This document shows, one piece after another, positions 19,215-28,873 of a DNA stretch of 64,000 nucleotides (the stretch's first letter is position 1; each line of letters begins with the position of its first letter). Source of the stretch: Tepidisphaera sp. (GTDB lineage: Bacteria; Planctomycetota; Phycisphaerae; Phycisphaerales; UBA1924); assembly GCA_050916045.1 (NCBI GenBank), contig CP051526.1:1312001-1376000 (forward strand). Reading direction: 5' to 3'. Below the pieces are notes generated by a model, which ran no database searches, was not told the origin of the DNA, and saw only the letters and a program-made list of their open reading frames with translations. A program made the position numbers and the translations under genes.

Positions 19215-19405
19215 AGCCCGCAGGGCTGCGATCTAGTAGCCGGGGGCAACGCCCCCGGTGAGGAAGCGCCCATGACCTTGACTCTGCAAGGGTCCGATTG
19301 TTTCTCACGGCGCGACCGGTTCGACCCCTGCGGGGTCGTGTGGCGGAGGTGGGTGTGGACCGGGGGCGTTGCCCCCGGCTACTGGCGATGACCCCTGCGG
19401 GGTCT
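19215..19405. repeat. REP/REPIN-like composite inverted repeat (family 2)
   Basis: TAGCCGGGGGCAACGCCCCCGGT inverted against ACCGGGGGCGTTGCCCCCGGCTA; GACCCCTGCGGGGTC hairpin twice. Confidence 0.75.
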
Positions 19406-19436
19406 CGGAAGTGCGAGGTGCAATCGGTTGGGTGCC

Positions 19437-19886
19437 TTACTCGCGGGCCTGCGAAGGCCGTTCGTTCAGCACCCACGGAACCTCACAAGCCAGAAAGCTC
19501 AACCGTATTTGAGGTGACGAAACGTCTACAAATTGCACTGGATTCGCATAGTCATGAACGCAAATCCATGTCGGCCCAAGGTCATGGTCATCCCCGTTCT
19601 CAACCAACCGACCGATCGCGGCATAGTCGACCTCGTAGTACAGAGGCGGATCGCTGCTTCCGATGTTGAGTGTCATGCGGGGCTTTGTCCAATCGACACC
19701 TGCATCTGCCAGCGCTGCTCGAATTGAAACCGGCACGAATGCGTCAAACTGTTCCCTGAGGTTCCGACACTCAGCGCATGCGCAGCCTTGTGTGCCGCTG
19801 TCGCGAGCATACTGCTCGCGAGTGGCGTCGACGTCGATCTCGACCACGCGCCCTCCACGCATGCCGAATCGGAACTGCTGAACCAT
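19437..19886 (-). CDS. Hypothetical protein
   Basis: GAGGAG SD; DVDATREQY..GCACAECRN; ends VPWVL. Confidence 0.7.
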   Translation of the reverse strand: MVQQFRFGMRGGRVVEIDVDATREQYARDSGTQGCACAECRNLREQFDAFVPVSIRAALADAGVDWTKPRMTLNIGSSDPPLYYEVDYAAIGRLVENGDDHDLGPTWICVHDYANPVQFVDVSSPQIRLSFLACEVPWVLNERPSQARE

Positions 19887-19933
19887 GGCCGCGACTCCTC
19901 AATGGCTTTCGGCATCTCCGCCGTCAAGTGCTT

Positions 19934-22900
19934 TCACAACTCCGGCGCAAAGCCTCTTCGCAGCGTGTTCTCGCAGGTGAGTCTTGGGTCGACGAAGTGG
20001 AGGAGGTAGTCTTTGCCGCCGGCTTTGCTGCCGCCGCCGGACATGGCGAAGCCGCCGAAGGGCTGGCGGGCGACCAGGGCCCCCGTGATGCCGCGGTTGA
20101 GGTAGAGGTTGCCGACGCGGTACTCGCGCTTGGCTTTCTCCAGGTTCGCGGGCTTGCGGGTGAAGACGCCGCCGGTGAGCTTGTACGGCAGGCTGTTGGC
20201 GATGCGGAGGGCATCATCAAAGTCCTTGGCGTGCATGATCGCGAGGACCGGGCCGAAGATCTCTTCGCGGGCGAGCTCGTGGTCCTCGGGCACCGTCCAG
20301 AAGATGTGCGGTGAGACGTATTGGAGCGTGGACGCGACCGCCGACTGCACGCCTGACGACTCCGGCAGCGGCAGCGAGAGCGACTGCAAGCCGGACGTGG
20401 GGGACTTGGCACGCTCGATGAAGCCGTTGATCTTGCTCGCGGCTTCCGCATCGATCACCGGGCCGACATCGGTGCCGGGACGGGTCGGATCGCCGATGAC
20501 GAGGGCCTTGGTCGCCTCGACCAGCCGCTCGCGGAAGCCCGTGATCGCGGGCCCGTTCGGGCCCTCGGGGTCGACGACGATGAGCCGCGAGCACGCCGAG
20601 CACTTCTGGCCCTGGAACCCGAAAGCCGACTGGCGAGCGGCGATCACCGCTTCATCCCAGTCCGCCGAGGTGTCGATGATGAGGGCGTTCTTGCCGCCCA
20701 TCTCGCAGATGACGTGCTTGAGGTGCGCGGGCGGATTGGCCCGCAGCGCGGGGTTCGAGAACGGTGAGCCCGGCGAAGCCGCCGTGTAGATGTCCAGGCC
20801 CACATCGCGGCTGCCGGTAAAGGCGATGAGCGCCACCCGCGGGTCGCGGACGAGCGCCGCGCCCACCGTCTCGCCCGGGGCCGGGCAGAAGTGGACGATG
20901 TCCGAAAGATCGCACGAAGACGACCCGGTTCGGAGAACCGGGCCACCAAAGACCCCCCGCATCGCTTCGAGCAGGATGTCGTGCATCACCTTCGCGATGC
21001 CGGGGGTCTGCTCGGCGGGCTTGACGATCACGGTGTTGCCGGTGACGAGAGCCGCGACGGTCATGCCGCAGCAGATCGCGAGCGGGAAGTTCCACGGGCT
21101 GATGACGACCGCAACGCCCTTGGGCTGGTGAAACTGCTCATCGAGCTCGCCGATGAACTTGCCGAGCCGCTCGCGGACGAAGAGCGGGACGGCGGCGCGG
21201 GCGTAATAGTCGCAGAAGTCGATGGCTTCGCAGGTGTCGGCGTCGGCTTCGCGCCAGGTCTTGCCCGCTTCCTTGATCATGATGCCCGAAAGCTCATCGC
21301 GGCGGGCCCGCATGAGGTCCGCCGCACGCGTGAGCACTTCGGCACGCTTGAGCGGGTCGGTGTCGCGCCACGCGGGGAAGGCCGCGGAAGCACGTTTGAC
21401 CATCTCCGAAGCCTGCTCGACGGTGCGGTCGTTGGCGATCGTGGGCACGCGAGCGGCCGTGACGGCTTTGGCGAACGCGTCGCGCGTGTGGGCTTCGGCG
21501 AAGTCGCGCATCGGTTCGGTGACGAACGCGCGGCCATCGCCGACGCCGGGGACTGCGGGGCTGAGCCCGTGCCGCTCGGGCGCGACGGCCAGGAGGTCGA
21601 TCGGCTCGGCCCCGGGCTTGGTGCCCGGGCGGGCGAGGAGCGCGGCGGGGTCGGCGTTGTCGAGGAACCCGGCTTTGAGCCATGATTCGTTGGAGGTGTT
21701 CTCAAGCAAGCGGCGGACGAGGTACGCCATACCCGGGATCATGTCGCCGACGGGCACGTACTCGCGGATGCGGAGGTCCATCTCGGCCGCGGCGTACTTG
21801 AGCTGGTCCGCCATGCCGTGGAGCATCTGAAGCTCGAGGGCGTTCCGCGGCAAGCCGCGCTTCTCGAGGCCCGCGAGGGCAGCGCCGATCGACCGGGCGT
21901 TGTGCGAGCCCAGCGCGAGCTTGACCCCGCCCCCGCCCGCCTGCTTCGGACACGCATCGAGGAAGACATCCGTCATCGCTTCAAAGCACGCGTCCGTCTG
22001 CCACTTGACCGGCCAGACCGGGCACGGCCAGCCGTGCATCTCGCTCTTGATCGTCTCGGCGTCCCAGTACGCGCCCTTGACGAGGCGGACGGTGACAAGC
22101 CGCTTGGCCCGCACGGCCCACTCGCACATCGCTTTGGCGTCCTCCACGCCGCTCTTGAGGTACGCCTGCATCGCCAGGCCCGCTTCGAACGGCACCTTCT
22201 CGCAGCAGCGGCGGAAAAGCTCAAGGGTCAGGTCCTTGAACTGATGGTGCTCCATGTCGAAGTTGACGAAGACACCCTTCGCGTGCGCCACTTCGAGGAT
22301 CGGCACCAGCCGCTTCATGAGTTCGCGGATCGATCCCTCGGTGTCGATGGGGTCGACGCGGGCCGAGAGGGCCGAGATCTTGATCGAGACGTTGACGCGC
22401 GGGATCGCGCCCAGGTGGTCGGATTCAAGGCGAGCCTGCGGTTTCCACTGGGCCACCGCCGCCGGCAGGTTCTCGATGAGGTCGAGGTACTTCTTGCAGA
22501 ACTGGTCGGCTTCCATGTCCGAGACGCACGTCTCGCCCAGGAGGTCCACCGAGAAGGCGATCCCGTCGTCCCACATCTTCCTGAGGCCCGGCAGGGCGGT
22601 CTTGGCGTCGGTCCCCGCGATGAACCGCGAAGCCATGCCCGTGATCTGCTTCTCGATCTGCCCCGCGGCCAGGCCCTTCATCATGCTGCCGGCTTTGAGA
22701 GCCGTCGCGATCACGCCCGGCACCGTCACGCCCGGCTGGCTGAGGTAGTCGTTGAGATGGTCGAAGATCTGCTCGGGCGTCTTGAGCTGCGGGAAGCAGT
22801 CGACGAACCGGAACATCTGCACCTTGAAGTTGGGGTCCTTCATCGACCAGTCCATCAGGGCGTCCGAATAAAACTGCGCCGAGAGGATGCCGGCTTTGTG

Positions 22901-23086
22901 AGCCCGGGCTTTGGTCAAAAGCTCGCCGCCGAGGGCGAGGATCCGGGCTTCGCGTTCCGGATCGGCCGGCGCGAGCGTGGGCGTCGCGAGCGGGCGGGGC
23001 GCAGGTCGAGCGGTGGCGGCGGGGGAGGTCGGCGCAGGGGTGTTGTCAGAGCCTTTGCCGAAAATCTTGCTGAGGAAGGAAGTCAT
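19934..23086 (-). CDS. putA: Bifunctional proline dehydrogenase / L-glutamate gamma-semialdehyde dehydrogenase
   Basis: DLLGE, RLVKGAYWD, YLVRRLLENTSNESW, ISPWNFPLAI, EMGGKNA, GQKCSACSR, EEIFGPVL; start MTSFLSK. Confidence 0.95.
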   Translation of the reverse strand: MTSFLSKIFGKGSDNTPAPTSPAATARPAPRPLATPTLAPADPEREARILALGGELLTKARAHKAGILSAQFYSDALMDWSMKDPNFKVQMFRFVDCFPQLKTPEQIFDHLNDYLSQPGVTVPGVIATALKAGSMMKGLAAGQIEKQITGMASRFIAGTDAKTALPGLRKMWDDGIAFSVDLLGETCVSDMEADQFCKKYLDLIENLPAAVAQWKPQARLESDHLGAIPRVNVSIKISALSARVDPIDTEGSIRELMKRLVPILEVAHAKGVFVNFDMEHHQFKDLTLELFRRCCEKVPFEAGLAMQAYLKSGVEDAKAMCEWAVRAKRLVTVRLVKGAYWDAETIKSEMHGWPCPVWPVKWQTDACFEAMTDVFLDACPKQAGGGGVKLALGSHNARSIGAALAGLEKRGLPRNALELQMLHGMADQLKYAAAEMDLRIREYVPVGDMIPGMAYLVRRLLENTSNESWLKAGFLDNADPAALLARPGTKPGAEPIDLLAVAPERHGLSPAVPGVGDGRAFVTEPMRDFAEAHTRDAFAKAVTAARVPTIANDRTVEQASEMVKRASAAFPAWRDTDPLKRAEVLTRAADLMRARRDELSGIMIKEAGKTWREADADTCEAIDFCDYYARAAVPLFVRERLGKFIGELDEQFHQPKGVAVVISPWNFPLAICCGMTVAALVTGNTVIVKPAEQTPGIAKVMHDILLEAMRGVFGGPVLRTGSSSCDLSDIVHFCPAPGETVGAALVRDPRVALIAFTGSRDVGLDIYTAASPGSPFSNPALRANPPAHLKHVICEMGGKNALIIDTSADWDEAVIAARQSAFGFQGQKCSACSRLIVVDPEGPNGPAITGFRERLVEATKALVIGDPTRPGTDVGPVIDAEAASKINGFIERAKSPTSGLQSLSLPLPESSGVQSAVASTLQYVSPHIFWTVPEDHELAREEIFGPVLAIMHAKDFDDALRIANSLPYKLTGGVFTRKPANLEKAKREYRVGNLYLNRGITGALVARQPFGGFAMSGGGSKAGGKDYLLHFVDPRLTCENTLRRGFAPEL

Positions 23087-23174
23087 GGGTCCGACTATAG
23101 GAAACGGTTTCGAGGCGTCGGAAACGCCGGGAACGGAATCTCCCCGCAGCTCCCCTGTAGCACTATCCTCGCCC

Positions 23175-24134
23175 ATGTCCGCTTCGTCCCCCCCGGGGAC
23201 CGTCATCACGATCGGGAACTTCGACGGTGTCCACCTCGGCCACGTGGCTCTGCTCGCCCGTGCACGCGAACTCGCCCGGGAGCTTGCCGGCCCCGGCGGC
23301 CGCGTCGTCGCGATGACCTTTGACCCGCACCCGACCGCCGTTCTTCGCCCCGGCACCGAGCCGCTCCGCGTCGAGCCCGTCAGCATCCGCCGCGACCGGC
23401 TCGCGACCTACGCCGATGAGGTCGTCACCCTCGACCCACGCAACGGCATGCTCAAGCTTTCGCCGCGAGCCTTTATCTCCGCCGTGGTCGAACGCTACCG
23501 GCCGTCGGCGATGGTCGAAGGGCCCGACTTCCACTTTGGCGCCAAGCGAGCCGGCACGCCCGCCGTCCTCGAAAGCCTCGGCCGCGAATTCGGCTTCCGC
23601 ACCGTGATCGAACACCCTGTCGAACTCGGCATCCCCGACGGCACGCTCGTCCGCGCCTCAAGCACCCTCATTCGCTGGTTCATCCACCAAGGGCGCGTCG
23701 CGGACGCGGCAAGCCTGCTCGGCCGGCCGGTTGAACTCCGCGGAACCGTCGTGCAGGGCGACCGTCGCGGCCGCACGGTCGGCTTCCCCACGGCAAACCT
23801 CTCCCTCGGCACCGACTGGGCGAGCGTCGTGCTACCCAAGGACGGCGTTTACGCCGGCACCGCGACGCTTCCGGACGCTCGCCGCGTCCCCGCGATGGTG
23901 AACATCGGCACGCGTCCGACGGTCGCGGGCCAGGAGCATCGGATCGAAGCTCATCTTCTGATGGGTTCAAGCGGCTCGTGGTCGCCGATCGCCGGACTGC
24001 CGGAATATGGCTGGCCGATGCGGCTTGAGCTTCGCGCGTGGCTCCGCGATCAGGTGAAGTTCCACGCGTTCGGCGCGCTGGTCGAACAGCTCCACCGCGA
24101 CCGCGAACGGGCGGCCGTGCTGGCTTTGACCTAG
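23175..24134 (+). CDS. ribF: Bifunctional riboflavin kinase / FAD synthetase
   Basis: TIGNFDGVHLGH, TFDPHP, GRTVGFPTAN, NIGTRPT, IEAHL. Confidence 0.95.
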   Translation: MSASSPPGTVITIGNFDGVHLGHVALLARARELARELAGPGGRVVAMTFDPHPTAVLRPGTEPLRVEPVSIRRDRLATYADEVVTLDPRNGMLKLSPRAFISAVVERYRPSAMVEGPDFHFGAKRAGTPAVLESLGREFGFRTVIEHPVELGIPDGTLVRASSTLIRWFIHQGRVADAASLLGRPVELRGTVVQGDRRGRTVGFPTANLSLGTDWASVVLPKDGVYAGTATLPDARRVPAMVNIGTRPTVAGQEHRIEAHLLMGSSGSWSPIAGLPEYGWPMRLELRAWLRDQVKFHAFGALVEQLHRDRERAAVLALT

Positions 24135-24142
24135 ATTTGTTC

Positions 24143-25222
24143 ATGACGACCGCTCCCGGCGCTGCTCCTTCCTCCGACCAGTGGGTCTCCAACGCTTCTC
24201 CTTCGGAGATCGCCAAGACCCTCCGCGGCGCGTCGAACATCCTCATCTTCACGCACATGAAGCCAGACGGCGACGCCGCCGGCTCGACCCTCGCCCTCGT
24301 CCGCACGCTCAACCTCATGCCCGGCAAACGCGCCCAAGCCTGCTACGCCGGGCCGCAAGCCGCGTGGATGCCCCTGGTCTGCGGACGCACGCCCGTCCGC
24401 ACCTGGGAGAAGGACGGCCCGCCCTCGGATGAGCCCGACGCCATCATCGTCATCGACACCGGCTCATGGTCCCAGCTCGAAGCTTTCCGCTCCTACCTCG
24501 AACCCCGCGCCGCACGCACCATCGTGATCGACCATCACCGCCGCGGCGACGCCGCCGTCGGGGCCAAGCGCTGGATCGATGTCGGAGCCGCCGCCGTCTG
24601 CCAGCAAGCCGCCGGCCTCTGCTGCATGCTCCTGAGCGTCCTCCCCGACCAGCTCCCGCAGGATATCGCCGCGGCCTGCTACCTCGGCCTCGCGACCGAC
24701 ACCGGCTGGTTCAAGCACAGCAACGTCACGCCCGACGTGATGCGACTCGCCGCGGATCTCCTTGAGTCCGGCGTCGACGCCAACGCGATGTACCAGATGA
24801 TCGACCAGCAGGACACGCTCGGCCGCCTGCGGCTCATGTCGCGTGCTCTCGCTTCCCTCGAACTCCACGAGGAAGGCCGCGTCGCCGTCATGGCTCTCGC
24901 CGGCTCGGATTTCCAAGCGGCCGGCGCCCATAGCACCGACAGCGGCGGCCTCATCGATCTCCCCCTCACCATCGCCACCGTCAAGGTCGCCGCGATCCTC
25001 ACCGAAGCCGATCCCTCCGAGTACGGCAAGGGCTCAGGCGTCAAGCTCACCAAAGTCAGCATGCGGAGCAAGACCGACGCCATCGACGTCGACCAGGTCT
25101 GCCGAACCCTCGGCGGCGGAGGCCACAAACGCGCCGCCGGAGCCAAAATCAGCATCGATCTCGCGTCCGCGAAAGCCCAGGTCATCCAGGCCCTGAGCAA
25201 AGCCGTCTCGGCTCTCGCCTAA
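24143..25222 (+). CDS. nrnA: DHH/DHHA1 phosphoesterase (NrnA-like)
   Basis: HMKPDGDAAGS, VIDHH, ATDTGWF, GGGGHKRAAG. Confidence 0.85.
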   Translation: MTTAPGAAPSSDQWVSNASPSEIAKTLRGASNILIFTHMKPDGDAAGSTLALVRTLNLMPGKRAQACYAGPQAAWMPLVCGRTPVRTWEKDGPPSDEPDAIIVIDTGSWSQLEAFRSYLEPRAARTIVIDHHRRGDAAVGAKRWIDVGAAAVCQQAAGLCCMLLSVLPDQLPQDIAAACYLGLATDTGWFKHSNVTPDVMRLAADLLESGVDANAMYQMIDQQDTLGRLRLMSRALASLELHEEGRVAVMALAGSDFQAAGAHSTDSGGLIDLPLTIATVKVAAILTEADPSEYGKGSGVKLTKVSMRSKTDAIDVDQVCRTLGGGGHKRAAGAKISIDLASAKAQVIQALSKAVSALA

Positions 25223-26073
25223 CGCGCCGCCACCACGTACGCCGTCCAGCTCGGCAACTCCGCCACGACCGCCGCATCCACCGCGCCCAGAAACACGCCC
25301 GCCGCTCCCTTGGACGCGTCGTACGTGTGTCGCCACACCTCCACCCGCGCAAAGCCCGCCTCCCGGCACGCCTGCGTCAGCTCCCCGAGCGTCCACAGCT
25401 TCCACTCGTACCGGAACGCGTCGCGCACGAACGTCGGCGGCATCCCCGGCCCCTTCGCCGCAAGCTCAAAGTGAATCCGGCAGTCCATCCGCCCCGTCGC
25501 CGCTTCAAACGAACGAACCTCCCAGTGATACCCGAACGGCGGCGGCGGTGGGGGGCTTGCTTCACCAGTAAGCCGCGGCGCGGGCGTGATCCAGTGGCTC
25601 GTCGTCCCAGGCTTCACCGCTTCCGCCCCGCCGAACACATTCATGACCAGGATCCCGCGTTCCGCCAGGCACTCCCTGGCGTGCTTGAGATACGCCCCGA
25701 GCACCGCCCGCTCCCGCAGGTAAAGCACGCTGAAATTCAGCACCGAGATGATGTCCGCTTCCGCCACCTCCGGCGGCTTGACCATCATCGCATCGCCCGT
25801 CACCATTCGCACCCGCGAAGCATGAGGCCCGAGGATCCGCGAGGCCCGCTTTGCCGCCCACGCCACCGTCGGCCCGTCCAGATCCACGCACACCGCTCGC
25901 CGATTCGGATTCAAAGCCACCCACGCCACCGACTCCGCCGAAGTCCCCGAGAAGTCCTCCCGAAGCGTCACCGCCGACAGCCCCGGCCGAGCACGCTCGT
26001 ACATGATCCGAAGCACCTCCGCGTGCGTCTCCGGATCCTGCACCGCCCACCGATAAAGCTCCAGCGCATCCAT
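25219..26073 (-). CDS. Class I SAM-dependent methyltransferase-like protein
   Basis: LYRWAVQDP, LREDFSGT, VDLDG, FRYEWKLWT; start MDALELY has GGGAG SD (ORF track start 26127 less likely). Confidence 0.8.
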   Translation of the reverse strand: MDALELYRWAVQDPETHAEVLRIMYERARPGLSAVTLREDFSGTSAESVAWVALNPNRRAVCVDLDGPTVAWAAKRASRILGPHASRVRMVTGDAMMVKPPEVAEADIISVLNFSVLYLRERAVLGAYLKHARECLAERGILVMNVFGGAEAVKPGTTSHWITPAPRLTGEASPPPPPPFGYHWEVRSFEAATGRMDCRIHFELAAKGPGMPPTFVRDAFRYEWKLWTLGELTQACREAGFARVEVWRHTYDASKGAAGVFLGAVDAAVVAELPSWTAYVVAAR

Positions 26074-26129
26074 CAGCCGCTCCCGAGGTTCACCGATCCG
26101 CCGATGGTAGCGATACCCTTCCGCCATCG

Positions 26130-27599
26130 ATGTACCAGGAGCTCGTCATCGCCGCGTTCGTGCTCGTTTCGCTCGGAAGCGGCGGGCTCAGCGGCGGCGT
26201 GCCCGACTGGATGCCCGCCGAGCTCTCCCGCGTCTGGGCCATCTGCCTCTCCCCCTTCGCCGTTCTCGCGTTCCTGGGGACCGCCATGTCCTGGCGTGCC
26301 TCGCGCCGCGTCGAGCGTGGCGACATCGCTGCGATCGCCACCCTCGAAGCGACCCTCGTCCTCCTCCGCGTCCTCGCCGTCCTCATCCACGGTGTCAACT
26401 GTCTCGTCCTCGGCTGGCCGACCCTCGTCAAGGGTGCCATGGGCGACATCGCCGCCGCCTCCATGCTCGTCGGCGCCCTCCCGCCCGTCCTCCTCATCGT
26501 CGCCTGCTGGTGGTGGATGGAGCCCGTCGAGCGCCGCGTCCGCCACGCGCTCATCGCACGCAAGCTCCACACCTCCGGGCTCACCGCTTCTGACGTCGCT
26601 CCGCCGCACCGCTCGCGATTCGCCTATGTCTGGTTCTGGACGCGGCAATCCGTCCTCCCCGTCATCCTGCCCCTCGCCGTCATCTCGCTCTGGATCCAGT
26701 CCGTCGAGCACATCCTCGCCGAGCGAGCTTCGCCCGGATGGATCGCCGCCGCCCAGGCCGTCGGGGCCATCGCGATGCTCATCCTCGGCCCCTTCGTCCT
26801 CCGCCGCGTCTGGAACACCGAATCCCTCCCCGATTCTTCCATCCGAAGCCTGCTCGCCAGCGTCTGTGATCGAAGCGGCGTCCGCGTCCGCGATTTCCTC
26901 CTCTGGCGCACCGGCGGCACCATGCACAACGCCGCCGTCCTCGGATTCTTCGGGCCCGCTCGCTACATCCTCGTCACCGACGCCATGGTCGAAGCCATGC
27001 CCGCCCGCGCCCTCGAAGCCGTCGCCGCCCACGAAGTCGGACACGTCCGCGGTAAGCACCTGCTCTGGCTCGGTCTCTCCACCCTCGCTTCCGCCCTCAT
27101 CGTCGGTGCCCTGACCGCGTGGCTCGCCAGCATGGCTCTGGTCTGGGCCGCGGACTACTGGCAGCTCACCGAAGCCGTGGGGCCCCTCGTCCGACGTTCC
27201 TTCGAACTCGCCATCGTCATCATCACCTTCACCACGGTCATCATCGCCTTCGGATGGGTCAGCCGTCGCCTCGAATGGCAAGCCGACGCTTTTGCCGCCA
27301 AGGATCTCTCCACCGCCACCACCGGCGGCCCCCTCGTCGACCCCGACGCCGCCACCCGCGTCTCCGAAGCTCTCGGCCTCGTCGCCGGCTACAACGGCAT
27401 CAATCCCAACCGCTTCATGTTCCGCCACGGCTCAATCCGCGCCAGACAGCGGCACGTCGAACACCTGATCGGCAAGCCACTCGCCGCACTCCCGATCGAT
27501 GCCGTCGTCCGTCGCATCAAGTTGCTCACCGTGCTCGGCTTGCTCTGCGCCGGCGGCCTGACGGCGTGGGACATTTGGAACCAACCGCTTTCGCCGTAA
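26130..27599 (+). CDS. M48 family (Ste24/HtpX-like) integral membrane metallopeptidase
   Basis: NAAVLG, HEVGH zinc motif, SRRLEWQADAF, HGSIRAR; multiple TM helices. Confidence 0.9.
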   Translation: MYQELVIAAFVLVSLGSGGLSGGVPDWMPAELSRVWAICLSPFAVLAFLGTAMSWRASRRVERGDIAAIATLEATLVLLRVLAVLIHGVNCLVLGWPTLVKGAMGDIAAASMLVGALPPVLLIVACWWWMEPVERRVRHALIARKLHTSGLTASDVAPPHRSRFAYVWFWTRQSVLPVILPLAVISLWIQSVEHILAERASPGWIAAAQAVGAIAMLILGPFVLRRVWNTESLPDSSIRSLLASVCDRSGVRVRDFLLWRTGGTMHNAAVLGFFGPARYILVTDAMVEAMPARALEAVAAHEVGHVRGKHLLWLGLSTLASALIVGALTAWLASMALVWAADYWQLTEAVGPLVRRSFELAIVIITFTTVIIAFGWVSRRLEWQADAFAAKDLSTATTGGPLVDPDAATRVSEALGLVAGYNGINPNRFMFRHGSIRARQRHVEHLIGKPLAALPIDAVVRRIKLLTVLGLLCAGGLTAWDIWNQPLSP

Positions 27600-27635
27600 A
27601 CCGCGCCCCGGCGCGCGCCGCACCCTGGAGCTCCC

Positions 27636-28847
27636 GTGTCCCTCGACCAACTCGAATCCTCCCTCCGCTCAAGCATCGCCCGCCGAGGCGAATCCATGCT
27701 CGCCGACCTCGCCAAGCTCGTCGCGATTCCGACCGGCCCTGGATTTACCACCGGTCTCGACGAATGCCGCGGCCTCCTCACCGGCCGCCTTGCCAAGCTC
27801 GGCGCCTCGATCGCGCTCGAGCCCGGCGACCCTCGCCCGACGTGGATCCTCGGTGAATCCGGCGGCGCGAGCGTTCCGCCCGTCGCCATCGCCCGTGGGC
27901 GCGGCCGGGGCGGCCCGCGCGTCCTGCTCTGCGGCCACATCGACACCGTCCACGATCCCAATGGCGCCTTCCGCTCTCTCACCATCTCCGCTGACGGCAC
28001 CAAAGCCGTCGGCCCCGGCGCTGCCGACATGAAAGGCGGCATCCTCGTCGCCATCGTCGCCCTCGAAGCCCTCGCCGAAGCCGGCATCCAGTTTGACTGG
28101 ACTTTCCTCCTGAACAGCGACGAGGAAACCGGAAGCTACTGCTCCGACCGCGTCCTCCGCGCCGCCGCAAGCGAGGACGGCGGCCACGCCGCCGGCCTGG
28201 TCTTTGAGCCCGCTCTCCCCGACGGCTCCCTTGTTGTCGAACGCCCCGGCAGCGGCCAGTTCATGCTGAAGACGACCGGCCGCGCCGCTCACGTCGGCCG
28301 CGACTTCACCAAGGGCGTCTCCGCGATCCAAGCTCTTTCACGCAAGATCCTCGACATTTCCGCCCACGCCGACCCCGCCCGCGGCCGCATCGTCAATGTC
28401 GGCGTCATCCGCGGCGGCGCCGCGACCAACATCGTCCCTGACGAAGCCCTCGCCTGGGGCAACGTCCGTTTCGGTGGTGCCGACGCCGTCCAATGCGAGC
28501 GCGACCTCGCCGCCGCTCTGGGCGCCCTCGCCGGCACGTCCTCCGACGGCGCGACCACCGAAGTCCTCACAAGCTTCGCCCGTCCCGCCAAACCCAAGAC
28601 GCCCGCCGTTGAGAAGCTCGCCCTTCTCGCCCGCTCCGCCGCCGAAAGCCTCGGTCAGAAGCTCCCCTTCGGCACAACCGGCGGCGTCTGCGACGGCAAC
28701 AACCTCCAAGCCGCCGGAATTCCCGTCATTGACACCCTCGGCGTCCGCGGCGGCGGCCTCCACACCATCGACGAGTGGATCGAAGTGCCAAGCCTCGTCG
28801 AGCGAGCACAACTCGCCGCCGTCCTCATCAAACGTCTCATCGCCTGA
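27636..28847 (+). CDS. M20 family metallo-hydrolase (glutamate carboxypeptidase/ArgE-like)
   Basis: GHIDTVH, GPGAADMKGG, NSDEETGS, GRAAHVG, GGGLHTIDE. Confidence 0.9.
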   Translation: MSLDQLESSLRSSIARRGESMLADLAKLVAIPTGPGFTTGLDECRGLLTGRLAKLGASIALEPGDPRPTWILGESGGASVPPVAIARGRGRGGPRVLLCGHIDTVHDPNGAFRSLTISADGTKAVGPGAADMKGGILVAIVALEALAEAGIQFDWTFLLNSDEETGSYCSDRVLRAAASEDGGHAAGLVFEPALPDGSLVVERPGSGQFMLKTTGRAAHVGRDFTKGVSAIQALSRKILDISAHADPARGRIVNVGVIRGGAATNIVPDEALAWGNVRFGGADAVQCERDLAAALGALAGTSSDGATTEVLTSFARPAKPKTPAVEKLALLARSAAESLGQKLPFGTTGGVCDGNNLQAAGIPVIDTLGVRGGGLHTIDEWIEVPSLVERAQLAAVLIKRLIA

Positions 28848-28873
28848 CCGTCCCGCCCGAACTCCCCGCGGAC

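Noticed and set aside
26130..27599. M48 peptidase as the processing enzyme for the C-terminal GC tag
   Set aside because: Only an analogy to CAAX proteases; no adjacency to tagged genes or other support in the sequence
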